64,000 nucleotides of DNA from Naegleria gruberi (Eukaryota): NCBI GenBank assembly GCA_000004985.1, contig GG738882.1, one strand, 5' to 3'. Shown in pieces: positions 45,004 through 56,776 of the stretch. The notes beneath the pieces are model-generated. The model had not been told where the DNA came from and did no database searches. It was given only the letters and a program-made list of their open reading frames with translations. The first letter of the stretch is position 1. Each line of letters begins with the position of its first letter. Both the position numbers and the translations under genes were made by a program.

Positions 45004-46767
45004 TTATTTCCTTGACAAATTATTTGCTGATTTTCCGTTTTGATTTCCATTATTATTAGCTGCCTTCTTTTCTCTTTCCTTAATAACCTTGTCAATCTTC
45101 ATCTTTCTCTGGAATTGAACACCAAGTTTAAATCTTTGTAAAGTATCCAACATGACAACTGCAATTTCATTTTGTAAAGGTTCAAATAAATCATCAGGAA
45201 GTTGATCATTCATTTTCTTATCTGGATTGGTGACTAATTGATCAGAGTCAACTGAAAAGAGTGTGAATTCTTGTAAAAGAGCTTCAACTTGATCGGCAAA
45301 TCTCTTACTCACATTCACTGAGTTTTTACCATCCAATCTCAAAAAGTCAACCAAAATTTCATTAGCCAATTCAAATCTCTTATTACAAACAATCTTGTAC
45401 TCCTCCTCAGTGACATTCTTAATCTTTTTCTTCTTTTTGAGTGATGACTTGTTATCAGTATCATTAAATGAAAGAGCTGGATTAGTTTGAGTCTTTTTCT
45501 GAGAATTATGAGTGGTGGTACTGTGACTTCCACTGGTAATTGAGTTTTGTTTCGTTTGATTATCACCAGAGGACACACTCGAGATGGCATCAGTGTCATT
45601 TCCAGAAGTGACACTCTTGGCAGCTCCATGATCATCTGTTTCACTTGTAGAGCTAGTGTCTGTAAAGAGAATATCTTGCATTTCCCAAATTTGTCTCGAA
45701 TATTCACGATACAAATTAGTTCTAATCAAAACTTCATAATTTTCCAATGATAATTCTTGTTTACAATGTTGCTTGAATAAATCTCTCAATTTTGGATCAT
45801 TCATCACATCTAAAAGCATGACAGCTTTGGCCTTCTTTAATCTTTCTCTATTCAAAGCTTCCTTATTAAGAGCTGCCACGAATAGGAAAATCATGACAGG
45901 TAGCACAATAATAAATGCAATTATTGTCACTGAAGAAATGATAATTGTATAAATTCCCATCCAATTATCTTCAGTATCTGACAAGTAAGATGACATGTCT
46001 TCAATGATGGCAATCTTTTTTTCAAACATTTCTTTTAAACCTTCATATTCTTCTCCTTCAATAATTGCAATAGCTGTCCCAGTTGAGTTGACATCAATAA
46101 TCTGTTTCTCCAAAATTTTCAGTTTCGAATGAGCATCCATTAGTTCACTAATCACAACATTTTTATCATAATCATGATTAGCAAAATCCTCTACAGGAAT
46201 AATATTAAAAATCTCATTCAGCATACTATCAATCCAATCCTGATGTGCCTCTAAATGATTATCCAAATTATTATTCGAATGAGCACTTTGATTATTCAAA
46301 AGTTTCGTCAAGCCATCACTCGGATGCACAATAAACGAATCCTGATCGAAAATACTCCTATCACTCATATTCAAATAAGCCTTCAAATGCAACCCACTCG
46401 TAATCAACTGCTGAATAACCAACACATCTTTCGTCGTCTTGTATACGAAATTATCCACCTGCGAACGTAATACGAAAGTTTGTGGAAAGATCACTACCAA
46501 CGCAACCAACAATAACACACTCACCACAATCCCACAAACTGACAATAACTTGACCATTGAAATTCGATAGGATTTTTTCTTCTTCATTAGAAAACAACAA
46601 CAACATGAAGGAAGGACGAGATAGAAACCACGACCATTTCGACCACTTTTAGAATTGTCGTTGTTGGTTGTGGAAGAGTTGGCTGTTCCTCCTTGAACAG
46701 TGTGTTTTTCTTTGGGAAGGGAGAGGAATTGGTGAGAGGTGTCAGCTGTTGGTAATTGATTTGACAT
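45004..46767 (-). CDS. 2-TM receptor-like protein with C-terminal split RGS domain
   Basis: TM1 LLSVCGIVVSVLLLVALVVIF, about 180-aa extracytoplasmic segment, TM2 GIYTIIISSVTIIAFIIVLPVMIFLFVAAL. RGS-like halves AVMLLDVMNDPKLRDLFKQHCKQELSLENYEVLI and EEYKIVCNKRFELANEILVDFL...MLDTLQRFK are separated by a Ser/Thr-rich insert. Confidence 0.55.
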   Translation of the reverse strand: MSNQLPTADTSHQFLSLPKEKHTVQGGTANSSTTNNDNSKSGRNGRGFYLVLPSCCCCFLMKKKKSYRISMVKLLSVCGIVVSVLLLVALVVIFPQTFVLRSQVDNFVYKTTKDVLVIQQLITSGLHLKAYLNMSDRSIFDQDSFIVHPSDGLTKLLNNQSAHSNNNLDNHLEAHQDWIDSMLNEIFNIIPVEDFANHDYDKNVVISELMDAHSKLKILEKQIIDVNSTGTAIAIIEGEEYEGLKEMFEKKIAIIEDMSSYLSDTEDNWMGIYTIIISSVTIIAFIIVLPVMIFLFVAALNKEALNRERLKKAKAVMLLDVMNDPKLRDLFKQHCKQELSLENYEVLIRTNLYREYSRQIWEMQDILFTDTSSTSETDDHGAAKSVTSGNDTDAISSVSSGDNQTKQNSITSGSHSTTTHNSQKKTQTNPALSFNDTDNKSSLKKKKKIKNVTEEEYKIVCNKRFELANEILVDFLRLDGKNSVNVSKRFADQVEALLQEFTLFSVDSDQLVTNPDKKMNDQLPDDLFEPLQNEIAVVMLDTLQRFKLGVQFQRKMKIDKVIKEREKKAANNNGNQNGKSANNLSRK

Positions 46768-47222
46768 TTTTTTTTAAAGTTTTGTTTTTTTTAGGAGGTT
46801 GGGGTGGATAAAGGAAATGATGGTGGATGTGATGAATATTTGGTAAGATTTTGAAAATCTTGAAATGTCACTTGCTGTCACTACTCATAATTATTTTTTA
46901 TGGAAAGGAACTGTTATTGGACTTGTTCAATATTTTTAATTGAATCCAAATATTCTAAATATTCAATTAGTCCAAAAACAATATTTTATTTTTTTCAATA
47001 TATATTTTTTGAAATACTTTGAATTTCTTCCCATCTACAGCTGTAGTTTGAATGAGGTCACCACAGAAACTTTGATCAAAAGATTCGATTCCTTTATTCT
47101 TCTAATTGGTTTCTAAAAATGACAAAAATTTCCATAATTGTTTATTGTAAAGTTAAGGAATATTCTAAAATTATCAAGTACCGATTTTGAATATTTTATA
47201 AAATGAATATTCCAAAAAAAAA

Positions 47223-48203
47223 ATGACTTTAAACCACACCACCACCTCATCCTCGTCACACGTATTACCAACAGAAACAACGACCGTTCGCTTCTCATTA
47301 TTAAATAGTAACAGCAAAAAGTTTAACCTCGTTGATTCGAATATTTATAAAAAGAAACCTAACGGTTGTGGATGTGCTTTATGTTCATTCTTTATGAATG
47401 ATTTTCCAGAGAGTTTAAATGCCGAAGATTATGAACCTTCACGTGTTGAGCAAGTAGCAAACATTGTGACACATGGCATTCCATTAATTATACTTTCGTA
47501 TATTTTCTACTTGACCTCACATGTTGTAAATACGAAATTAGAGATGATTTCATCTGTTCTGTATTGTTCGAGTCTTTTCATTCTATTATCCATATCGACA
47601 TTGTATCATGTCATGTGTTTAATTCATGGAAAACAATCAAGTAAGACCTATTGGTTTCGAATAATTGATTATGCAACAATTTACATATTCATTGCTGCAT
47701 CCTATACACCATACTTGCTCGTAGTTGGTATTGGCCATGAAAACTTTTATGGAAAATTGATGGCTGCATTTATTTGGTTATTGGCAATATGTGGCTTGGT
47801 AAAATCATTTTCAGAAGGAAGATTGCTGGCATTTATTAATAATAATGCATTATTTAACTTGATGGGATGGGCAGCTCTACTTGCCATGCCAACCTCAATG
47901 TTTATTCATGTTCCCTTGGAGGCATTCTTGACCTTACTATTTGGAGGAATATTCTTCTCTGGTGGAGTTTATTTTCTAAAAAAGGATGGAGTCATTCCAT
48001 TTGCTCATGCAATTTGGCATATATTGTCTGTGTGTGGATTCTTGATGCATTTCTTTTCAATTTATTATTACATCTTTCAATTGGATGGATTGTTCGTTCC
48101 ACATGGAGTTTACAATTCAAAAATGGCGTATGAGCAAATTATTGAAACACTTACTGGGCAGAGAATGCCATTTGGTCATTTGCGTGTATCCCCAATACAC
48201 TAA
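47223..48203 (+). CDS. PAQR / hemolysin-III family 7-TM membrane protein
   Basis: Motifs ANIVTHGIPL, STLYH, IDYATIYIFIAASYTPY and FAHAIWHILSV fit the HlyIII/adiponectin-receptor family. Confidence 0.8.
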   Translation: MTLNHTTTSSSSHVLPTETTTVRFSLLNSNSKKFNLVDSNIYKKKPNGCGCALCSFFMNDFPESLNAEDYEPSRVEQVANIVTHGIPLIILSYIFYLTSHVVNTKLEMISSVLYCSSLFILLSISTLYHVMCLIHGKQSSKTYWFRIIDYATIYIFIAASYTPYLLVVGIGHENFYGKLMAAFIWLLAICGLVKSFSEGRLLAFINNNALFNLMGWAALLAMPTSMFIHVPLEAFLTLLFGGIFFSGGVYFLKKDGVIPFAHAIWHILSVCGFLMHFFSIYYYIFQLDGLFVPHGVYNSKMAYEQIIETLTGQRMPFGHLRVSPIH

Positions 48204-48395
48204 AGAGTATCGACTAAATTGTTAGAATAGTAGCTCCCTAACTTGATGATGGAAAATATCAAAAAACTATTGGGAAGAAGAGGAAATCTGTTGCAAGTAC
48301 AATCAGCACTTACCAATCAGGGCAATAATTGAATTTATTCCACAACAATAGTAATTTAAGATGAGTTAAATTCTTGAATAAATTAATTTGTTTAT

Positions 48396-49891
48396 TTAAT
48401 AGTAAAGAGTGAATAAATCTTCAGAAATTTGAGTCATTTCCTTCTTCTTTTCAATATTGTCCCAATTAGACTTGAAAACATTATTGAATCCATAGATAGC
48501 TCCATACCAAGCTGCAGCAATAGTACCAGTACTGTCAGAATCACCTGCATGCAAGGCAGAGTGCAACATCATCTTTTCATAATTGTTTGGACCAGCACAC
48601 AATAAGGCATCATAGGCAATAATGCATGAATCATCACCTGATGCTCCAGCCCAACCAGCAAATGACCACTTTTTGTAATATTCATCTCTTTCAGCAATTC
48701 CATACTTCTTTGGGAATTGAGCAGAGAGTGCATTCAATTTTTGAGAATTTTTGAAATCTTCTTCACTGAGGAATAATCCTCTTTCAGATAAATATTGAGC
48801 AATCTTTTGTTCGAACTTGGTAATTTCTTCCTTCATTTCTTCCCAATCTCTTTTAGCAACCTTTTGCAAGTAGGTTCTAGTTCTTGGCATGATATCGTAC
48901 AAGAAGTAAACTCCCCATTGTGGAACTGGGATAGTTTGTTCAATAGCATAGGCTGTGAAAAGGGCAGAGACCAATGATCCCAAGAACCCATTTGGATGAT
49001 TGTGAGTCAATCTTCCTGATTCTACACTACAAGCAATGAGCATGTCACGTCTTTCAACTCCACTAATAGCTGCTCCAATAGACATGGCTCTCATCTAATT
49101 AATTCGAAATGTTAGATCAATTTAAAGAATAAAGATTATCAATTAACAACCAATGATGAAATAATACATACACTGCCACCACAACCACCTCCTCTCTTAT
49201 CGTATGGATAGAGATTCCATTTTTCAACACCACGAGATTCCAAAAATCTAACTCCCTTTCCACCTAAAAATGTCAATAATCACAAACACACAGTTAAAAC
49301 TACTACTTACAAGTTGGACCTGGAGCTCTTCCTCCCATATCATCCCAACAGATAATATATTCCTTACTCATTTCTTGCATTAATGGATCAACAAAATCGC
49401 TCATAAACTTGGCACAACTTTCAACATTATTTTCATCAAAACTATAAACCAATGTCTTGTCACTATTTGCTGCATTTCTAGCTTGCTTCATCCAGGTAAT
49501 CAATGCTCTCAAACTTGCCAAATGCATTACAGTATCATCAGAAACTCTCCATCCCTTGACATCAATTCCAGCCAAACTTCCATAATAATGTTTCAATTCA
49601 GCATGAATAGTTTCACCATCAAAATTAAATTCCCAAGCACCATTTCTATATCCTATTAATGATTAAAATTCCATCAATAACAGCAACAGAAATGATCCAA
49701 TTTGTAATAACAATGTTCATCATCATCACGAATTTTAAATATTTAATAAATAATTAAATATGATCCGATCGCGCAAATTGCCAACAACTTACCAATAGCA
49801 TCACCAACAGCACCCAAAATTACACTGGCCAACAATCGTTCAGCCAAATTGTTATTACTATTCGCAACATTGCTTGTTGTTGAAGAGATCA
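48396..49891 (-). CDS. ADP-ribosylglycohydrolase (ARH family), 4 exons; apparent 1-nt frame break in exon 2
   Basis: Exons approx 49793..49891 (ERLLASVILGAVGDAIG), 49311..49651 (YRNGAWEFN / FDGETIHAELKHYYGSLAGIDVKGWRVSDDTVMHLA), 49172..49263, 48396..49094. Collinear with ARH1 across AAGDALGYYNGKWEF...RWRVSDDTVMHLA, with GDSDSTG near the C-terminus. The frame shifts at the A-run near 49621-49624. Confidence 0.65.
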
Positions 49892-50005
49892 TTTTTTTTC
49901 TTTGTATTTTTGGAAGTTGCAGCAACGTGATGGAACTCATGTTCATCTTTTGTTGTAAACAAGTTCCTTTCTTCAACAAGACTTTAACAAGTATTTATTT
50001 GTTAC

Positions 50006-50512
50006 TTAACACCTCAGTAAAGATTCAACAATTGTATCAAGCTCTGAGATTGACTTGATGATGATTTCATTTTTGGTGGTCAAGATCAAAGGTTTGAATG
50101 TGAAATTTTGTAAGCAAGAAATAAGGTTACAGATCCAATCGCGAACAATTTCAACATCTCCACAACAATTCAAATCATTAAGAATTCCTGTTATTTTCTT
50201 CTTGGATTTTAATTGAATTGAAAATAAGAATGCAAAGATCTGAAGGAACATATTTCCCAAAGTTAGCATCTCTTCTTTCATCAACTCTGGTCTGTATTCT
50301 TTACAGTTATTAATGTCGGCTAGTACAATAGTTTGTGGATCATGAATTCCGCACATTCTCTCTATTAATAAATTAAGTTGAGATTTTTCATTGTTAGAAG
50401 AAGATCTTGTCATTAAATTTCTTAATGCCAAGTCATGGTGAAGTAAATTCAACTCCTTAATTAAATAATGATTAGCTCTTAAGCATCCGTCAACGACATA
50501 AAATAGAATCAT
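50006..50512 (-). CDS. hypothetical protein (168 aa); possibly a 3' part of the upstream gene
   Basis: ATG ORF immediately downstream of the 521-aa ORF on the same strand. No motifs recognised. Confidence 0.3.
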   Translation of the reverse strand: MILFYVVDGCLRANHYLIKELNLLHHDLALRNLMTRSSSNNEKSQLNLLIERMCGIHDPQTIVLADINNCKEYRPELMKEEMLTLGNMFLQIFAFLFSIQLKSKKKITGILNDLNCCGDVEIVRDWICNLISCLQNFTFKPLILTTKNEIIIKSISELDTIVESLLRC

Positions 50513-50634
50513 CAGTTGAGAGTTGGAATCCGTGTGCTTAAGAACTAAATTTGATTCATTCAGAGGAAGTAGCTTTTCAGAAATAGTGACACTTGTTTGA
50601 TAACTTGCATGTGGTGCAGTTACAACACCAAAAA

Positions 50635-52200
50635 TTACATATGGAATACTGATATCTGCAAGAAAATGAAAGTTAACTCTAACATTTTAGCGTCATAATT
50701 GGATGAAGGTGATTCTGAATTGAATGTGTTCAAATCAAAACAATGGCCATGGCTGCCAAATTTTTGTAAACAATTGTCATCCGAATCTTCTTCATCGTCA
50801 CTGTCATCATATAGTTGGTTAATATTACTGCTAACGCTCTTTGTATTGGTGATTTCTAATACTTGAACCAATATCTCTCCATCATACTTCATGTAACCAA
50901 CCTCAATAGGATTTGAGTACATAGGAGGATTGGTAGTGGAATTAAATTCAAATGAATCACCTTGTTTATAAACCATAAAAGGAATGTTTCTATCAGTAGC
51001 ATCCCCTGCAAGTAGAACTGTCTTTTTAACAATAAAATATGGATATGTTTTTTGTAAATAAACTTCTAAATCCTTTTCTTCGGCAACTGATAAGCATTTG
51101 AGCTTAATACGTGAAGTATAAGAAACAGGAAGTGTAAAAAATTTGTCAACAACTGATTGGGATCTTAAAGTGATAGGAGTTGAACATAAAGCGGCAATTG
51201 AACAGTTATCACTTGGTTGGTAGTTTGTCAGGGAAGCCATACGTATACATTCGTCTATTTCTGACATAATGGAGAATAAATCTTCCTTAATAAAAATGTT
51301 AAGCAATTTAGAATATGAAAGGCTATAATAAAGCCCATGCAAAGTGTTTTCTACTTGGTGAAATCTTGGCTTCATCTTCAGAATAACAAGCCCTCCACTG
51401 GTATCGATTAGAAACAGTTTTACCACTGCTTGTTTTTTAGATTCATCATCTATTTTTTTCTGCGTCATTTTAGTTGCAATATCTTTCAAAACAGCCCTTC
51501 CCTCCAGAATGATTTTAACAGTGTCTTTGTGAGCACAAAGGAACTCCTCTGCATTGGAAGCATTAATGTTACGTTTTTCAAATTCACCTATCGCAAAATA
51601 ATGATCTAGTTGTGCATTAGTACGCATAATTACAAAGTCAGAATGCATTCTACTAGTGTCTTCAACCCATTTCTTGTTCATAATATTTAGAGACAGTTTC
51701 AAACTTTGAGAAGCCAACTTTTCACCACTCTTGAAAAACAAACTATTTCTATTTTCCAATGATAAATCAGAAAAAATGTGATAACGGTTGAAAATCATTA
51801 AGAAATAATCCTTGAATGTCATTTCAGTAATTTCAGTTTTAGATTCTATCATGTTGTGGAGTTTAAATAATGGAAGAAATAAGCAGGAGGAAGAGAAGCG
51901 CAACAAATCAAACTGGTGTTTAAGAGGTGTTTTTTCTAATTTTTGGGCTAATTGTTGAGATTCATTGTATTCCTTATCCAAAAACAAGTAAAGTTTCTCA
52001 TCTTTTGGAAGATTATTATGCTTTGTCCATTTAATTCCAAAAGATGTAAGGAAACTACATAAATACCCCTTTAAAGTCGATGGTAGACTTGAATTTCTTT
52101 TAAATATTTGGTGTGCCACACTGTTTGGCTCTATTTCATCCATTGAAAATGGAAACTGCAAGTTTCGAAAAGTCATTCCAAAATGTTCTAGAATTCCCAT
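50635..52200 (-). CDS. hypothetical protein (521 aa)
   Basis: Long ATG ORF. Contains a weak vWA-like LFLIDTSGG stretch but no confident family assignment. Confidence 0.4.
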   Translation of the reverse strand: MGILEHFGMTFRNLQFPFSMDEIEPNSVAHQIFKRNSSLPSTLKGYLCSFLTSFGIKWTKHNNLPKDEKLYLFLDKEYNESQQLAQKLEKTPLKHQFDLLRFSSSCLFLPLFKLHNMIESKTEITEMTFKDYFLMIFNRYHIFSDLSLENRNSLFFKSGEKLASQSLKLSLNIMNKKWVEDTSRMHSDFVIMRTNAQLDHYFAIGEFEKRNINASNAEEFLCAHKDTVKIILEGRAVLKDIATKMTQKKIDDESKKQAVVKLFLIDTSGGLVILKMKPRFHQVENTLHGLYYSLSYSKLLNIFIKEDLFSIMSEIDECIRMASLTNYQPSDNCSIAALCSTPITLRSQSVVDKFFTLPVSYTSRIKLKCLSVAEEKDLEVYLQKTYPYFIVKKTVLLAGDATDRNIPFMVYKQGDSFEFNSTTNPPMYSNPIEVGYMKYDGEILVQVLEITNTKSVSSNINQLYDDSDDEEDSDDNCLQKFGSHGHCFDLNTFNSESPSSNYDAKMLELTFIFLQISVFHM

Positions 52201-52242
52201 AAACCCTTTGAAACTATTGGTGAGAAAACATACATGTCTTAC

Positions 52243-52783
52243 TTACTTGTAAATGTTCAAAATACTCCACAACTCATCTGGATCAACCAATTCGTCAGGT
52301 ACTTCGTCATCCATGAGTAGGTCTGCTTCCTCAAATTTTCTCTTCAAACCTACAGTTACTTGTAGAGTTTCTGAATCTCCTTTTGTTCTTTTTTTAACTT
52401 GGACCAACAATTTAGGCTGTGGAAGAACCTCTGTGGTGGTTGCCTTCTTATTCTTCACTAAGCTGAAGTCTTGTTGTATCGAACCAATATATTCAGATTT
52501 GGAAGAAGGAATAGAGTTAATTACATCATCCAAGGCTAAAGAATCAATCGGAAATATCTGGTCTGGTAGAGCATAGCCATATTGACCAGACTCAAATTTA
52601 AAAAAGAAAGCTCCTGCTGGGGGTGCATCTAGTATCGGCACCATCTCTTTTCTACTACATATCTGTGTGATGATTATTATTGTTATTTAATTATTATTTT
52701 AATGATATAATACAAACCGTTACAGGCCATAAAGGACGGTCCTCCTTAAATCTCACCCAAACAGGCTGCCCAACAAAGAACAT
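52243..52783 (-). CDS. PWWP-like domain protein, 2 exons
   Basis: Exons 52718..52783 (MFFVGQPVWVRFKEDRPLWPVT) and 52243..52662, with a 55-nt GTTTGT..AG intron. Has the VW..K....PLWP pattern, then AFFFKFESGQYGYALPDQIFPI, resembling the PWWP beta-barrel. Confidence 0.5.
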
Positions 52784-52989
52784 TTTTTTTGTGTAATTAT
52801 TTGATGATATTAAGAAATAAGCCTTAATTTTTCTAATTACTTTATAAACTTGAAAAATCTACTGATTGAAGATCATTTTGTAAAGTTGCCATTTCCATGC
52901 TATTGGTCATTGTGCTTATTGAATACACTCAATTAAATAGGACATGTGACTTTAAGCAATGTTGCGAATGTGTGAAAAATGTGAAAAAT

Positions 52990-53988
52990 TTATTCTACAA
53001 ATTCTGGAACTCTGAAAGAACTGGTCATGAAACCAACATAGTTGAAACTCTTTCCAACTATTGATGATTTCGACTTTCCAATAATGAAAATTGGAATTGG
53101 ATTTAATTGAGAAAGTCCAATCATAATTAAAGTTGGATTTTCAATTTCGTTTCGTATAAATTGTTCAATTTCTGTCGTAAATTCAGTATTGAACTGTTCT
53201 TTAGGGAAAATGGATTGAAAATTAATTGTTAAATCGTTAGTGTTAGTAAGTGGATGATTGTTGACAGATGTCTGAATGTCAGATTGAGAAATTTGAATAG
53301 ATTTGTTCATATATCGATCTTTGTTTTCGATAAGGGCTGGATTAACTCCCAGAAAATTGCTCAAATCAGTGAAAATATTTGAAGATGAAGTGTCACTTGT
53401 CATTGGAATAATAAATGGAATGAGAGGCGAATTTACAGAGCTATTTGCACTTGGATCTTTCCAAGTCATTCTATGTTGTTCCTTCAAAGGAGCGTGTACT
53501 TTACAGAGCCTGTTCTGAATGTCAATCATCCTTACCACATCTATATATGTCGATTTACAAATGTCAAAACTCAAATCATCATTTTTAACCAATGACTTGA
53601 ACATTACAACACCACTTTCGTTCATCTCAATAGAAACACTTCTAAACACCTTATTACTTCTATCACCATTCGAAACTGAATAATTACTCGTCCAATATTT
53701 GATACAATCATCATTTTCCCATTGATTTAATAATTGGCATTTCTTAATTAAAGTTTGAGGTTTCGAATTGAGAGAAATCATCTTTAGTAACCAGTTACTG
53801 CTCTTCAATTTATCAATCCAGAATTGTTTGACACAATTCGAATCACTTTCGTTTCCGATAATGTTTCGGAAAGAAGAGTTGACTAATTTGAGAGAAAATA
53901 ATTGTGTTGGAGAGTCGATATATTGGAAAATTTGATAGAGGATTTCATATGGTACATTTAGTTGGTTTGAATTACAGAGAATTGTCAT
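52990..53988 (-). CDS. F-box domain protein (332 aa)
   Basis: N-terminal VPYEILYQIFQYIDSPTQLFSLKLVNSSF is F-box-like. Confidence 0.5.
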   Translation of the reverse strand: MTILCNSNQLNVPYEILYQIFQYIDSPTQLFSLKLVNSSFRNIIGNESDSNCVKQFWIDKLKSSNWLLKMISLNSKPQTLIKKCQLLNQWENDDCIKYWTSNYSVSNGDRSNKVFRSVSIEMNESGVVMFKSLVKNDDLSFDICKSTYIDVVRMIDIQNRLCKVHAPLKEQHRMTWKDPSANSSVNSPLIPFIIPMTSDTSSSNIFTDLSNFLGVNPALIENKDRYMNKSIQISQSDIQTSVNNHPLTNTNDLTINFQSIFPKEQFNTEFTTEIEQFIRNEIENPTLIMIGLSQLNPIPIFIIGKSKSSIVGKSFNYVGFMTSSFRVPEFVE

Positions 53989-54353
53989 TTCGTTTTTTTT
54001 GATTGTTTCGAATAACTTTCGGCTAAGGATTGGAATTTTCTAGTAAATAGTTTCTCTTCTCATTCTCTGTACGAAATAACTGATATCTATTTACTCCGCG
54101 ATTGATCAGGATCTCAGCTGAGAGCTGAAAGTTATCCAACTTTCCTATTAAAAATTTATTCGAAAGTTTGTTGAAGTTTATTTTTAATTTCTCAATTCTC
54201 AGTTCGATTTATTTCGTCATCTCTCTTCATCAGCCAGTGGCATGAGAGATTTCTCAATTTCCAGCAAAACGTTAATTTCCACCAACTTATTCGAATCTCA
54301 GTATCAAGTTCATTTCACACTAGTTTACAATAAAATATATCCTAAATATGTTT

Positions 54354-55796
54354 TCAAACATTATTTCCCTCAATTCCTTCCTTAACCTCCGAATGATGCA
54401 CAACTTTTCCCTTCTCACTTTCTGCCACTTTCTTCCTACCTTTCTTCCCAACTTTCTCCTTCAAATTCGAAGGAGTCTTGAACAACCTCTGAACCTCTCT
54501 CAACGGTGAAATCAACACCAATTGAATAATCAAAAATCCCAAAATTGCAATATTCGAAAAGCAATGATAAAACAACAATGAAAATTGCCATCCAGTTGCT
54601 CCAGGTAGAAATGCCAATCCCAATAATTGGATGAAAAAGCAAATTGTTAATCCAATTTGAAGTCCAAGAGATTTTCGAAGTGCCTTCTTTTTGAGTTGAT
54701 AAGTATTGTCGATTTCTTGGTTTGTCTTGTTGACAGATTTGGAAAATGACTTGTCAATAACATGTGAAGTGAGGGATTGGTCTTTTTTAGTTGGGGATTG
54801 GATGCTGTTGGCGTCTGGAATGGGAGTGGTTGGGGTGATGTCAATGTTTTGATGTTTGCTGTCATGTGAAGAAGCACTTTTGACATTGTCACTTGTGCTT
54901 GTCAAATCTTCGAGTTCATAAGGTTGAGCAGTTGAGGAACCACCCTCTTCCAAGTGATGTGTCGTTCTCTTCATCATTTCTCTAATTTTCTTCTTACTTG
55001 CTTTGAGAGCTCTGTATAATCTGAAACCATAAGTCTATTCGAAATTATTCGAAAAGTTACAATGAAGAAATTCAACAATTACTTACATTCATAAAGATTG
55101 CAGTGGCTACCATTCCCATAAACATAATAACCATTGGAGTGATAAAGATTACGATGGATAATTGCTGTTGACTAATTGGTGAAATTCCACTTCCTCTCAA
55201 ACCATGTAAAACTGCAATAACTAAAATGTGACCAAGAAAGAATAACACAAAAAAGATGATTAGGAGAGAGATGAGAAGGTATTTGGATGCTTTGAATTCC
55301 TTTTCGGTTATATAGTTGGTCAAACGAGTAGTTTTTAAACTAGACGAAAATGAATCGAATAAAAATTTGTGAAAACTTACAAGACAAATCCAATAAAACC
55401 CATGATTAAAATTTGATTATACAACAAGACTGCACTCATTGATCTATCAATACCCTTAATTACATTATTCAAGTCAAATGCCACTCTATAAATCGGATTA
55501 AGAAATGACAATTCACTTGACAATCTCGTGACATTTTGAAAGAATGAAAAGAAAGCCAAAGCAATATTCATCCAATACAAGATGTGCTGATTCCGTTTCA
55601 ATTGTCGAAATTGAATAATATAATACACCAACAGAACAACAAAGAAAATTAAAAAAATAAAAATTGGACCTCCGTCAATTCCTGCCACTAATTGACTGTA
55701 CAAGTCAAATGAGAAGGAGGTTGCGTTCTGTGACTGGGTTTGTTGGATTACATATGCATCTTGAAGAAAATCATCTCCAATATTTCTGAATGTCAT
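54354..55796 (-). CDS. multi-pass membrane protein with 7-TM, GPCR-like topology and long third loop; 3 exons
   Basis: Exons approx 55381..55796, 55087..55339, 54354..55034, with two GTAAGT donors. Seven hydrophobic helices; about 150-aa polar loop between TM5 and TM6. Confidence 0.45.
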
Positions 55797-56776
55797 TCTT
55801 TCTCAATATGCAAACGAAAGCTTTCGAATAATATTGAAAAAAGTTGATGGACTTGATAACAAGATTACTTCAAGTTGCGAAAGACTTTGTTTTGTTTTTT
55901 TTAATGTGAAGTGTCTGTCTTCCGTACATATCATAAATAAGCCGACTCCTCAATAATTTTTTTATATTTTGCGTCAGTTGTCCAAGAATTTAGGCAACAC
56001 TTCTTAATTGACATTTTCACGGTATCTGTTTAGAGTTCCTAGTAAAGAAAAATTCTACTGGTGGTGGAACAATCTTTAGAAACATTGGTTTATAATATCT
56101 TTAAAAATCCAACAAGTATCAACCAATCTTTGGCTTTCGGTTGACTATGTTTCGAATAACTATGCTATTTGTTGGATTGGACCAAGGAGAAACCCTGGTG
56201 ATGAAATGGTTGCACAAAAGAGTTTCTTGTGGAAATTTTGAATAATTTCATCAAAGAATCTTTCGAATAAATTTGATTCGTATTCGGTTTAGGCAGGAAT
56301 TCATGTTTGAGTTTTCTGAAATGTCGCATCCAAACCATGAACTGCTTGCCACAAGATTTGTTTATCAAGGCTTTTCATTTGTGGATTAGTTTCATTGTTG
56401 GAAAGTAAACTAAAGATTGTGAAATAAAGCCAAGGTTCATTTCGGCTTAATTTTCATCCAAATCAGAATTATTCGAATCATGCATTCACTACAACTGATA
56501 TGAATGTAAACATTTTCCATCATCCTCAATGATATCCAATAACCTTCTGTCACTGGTCAAAATGTTAGATGATAAAAAATTGATGACAGCCATTTTCCTT
56601 TTAACATGCTTCAGATATCAACACTGAAGCAACAAACCCGTCAACAACTCATCACTGACGACATTTGAAACTCTTCACAAATTGATTACCCATCAATCAC
56701 CACTCAAACTCTTTCATTAAAAAAAAAAGCAAACACTTTTCACACAAACACCAACCAACACAGACTACATACAAAA

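Noticed and set aside
50513-50700. Joining ORFs 50635..52200 and 50006..50512 into one gene via a 28-nt GT..AG segment
   Set aside because: The putative splice yields a short Cys-rich tail and then a stop rather than continuing into the downstream ORF. No domain continuity to support it.
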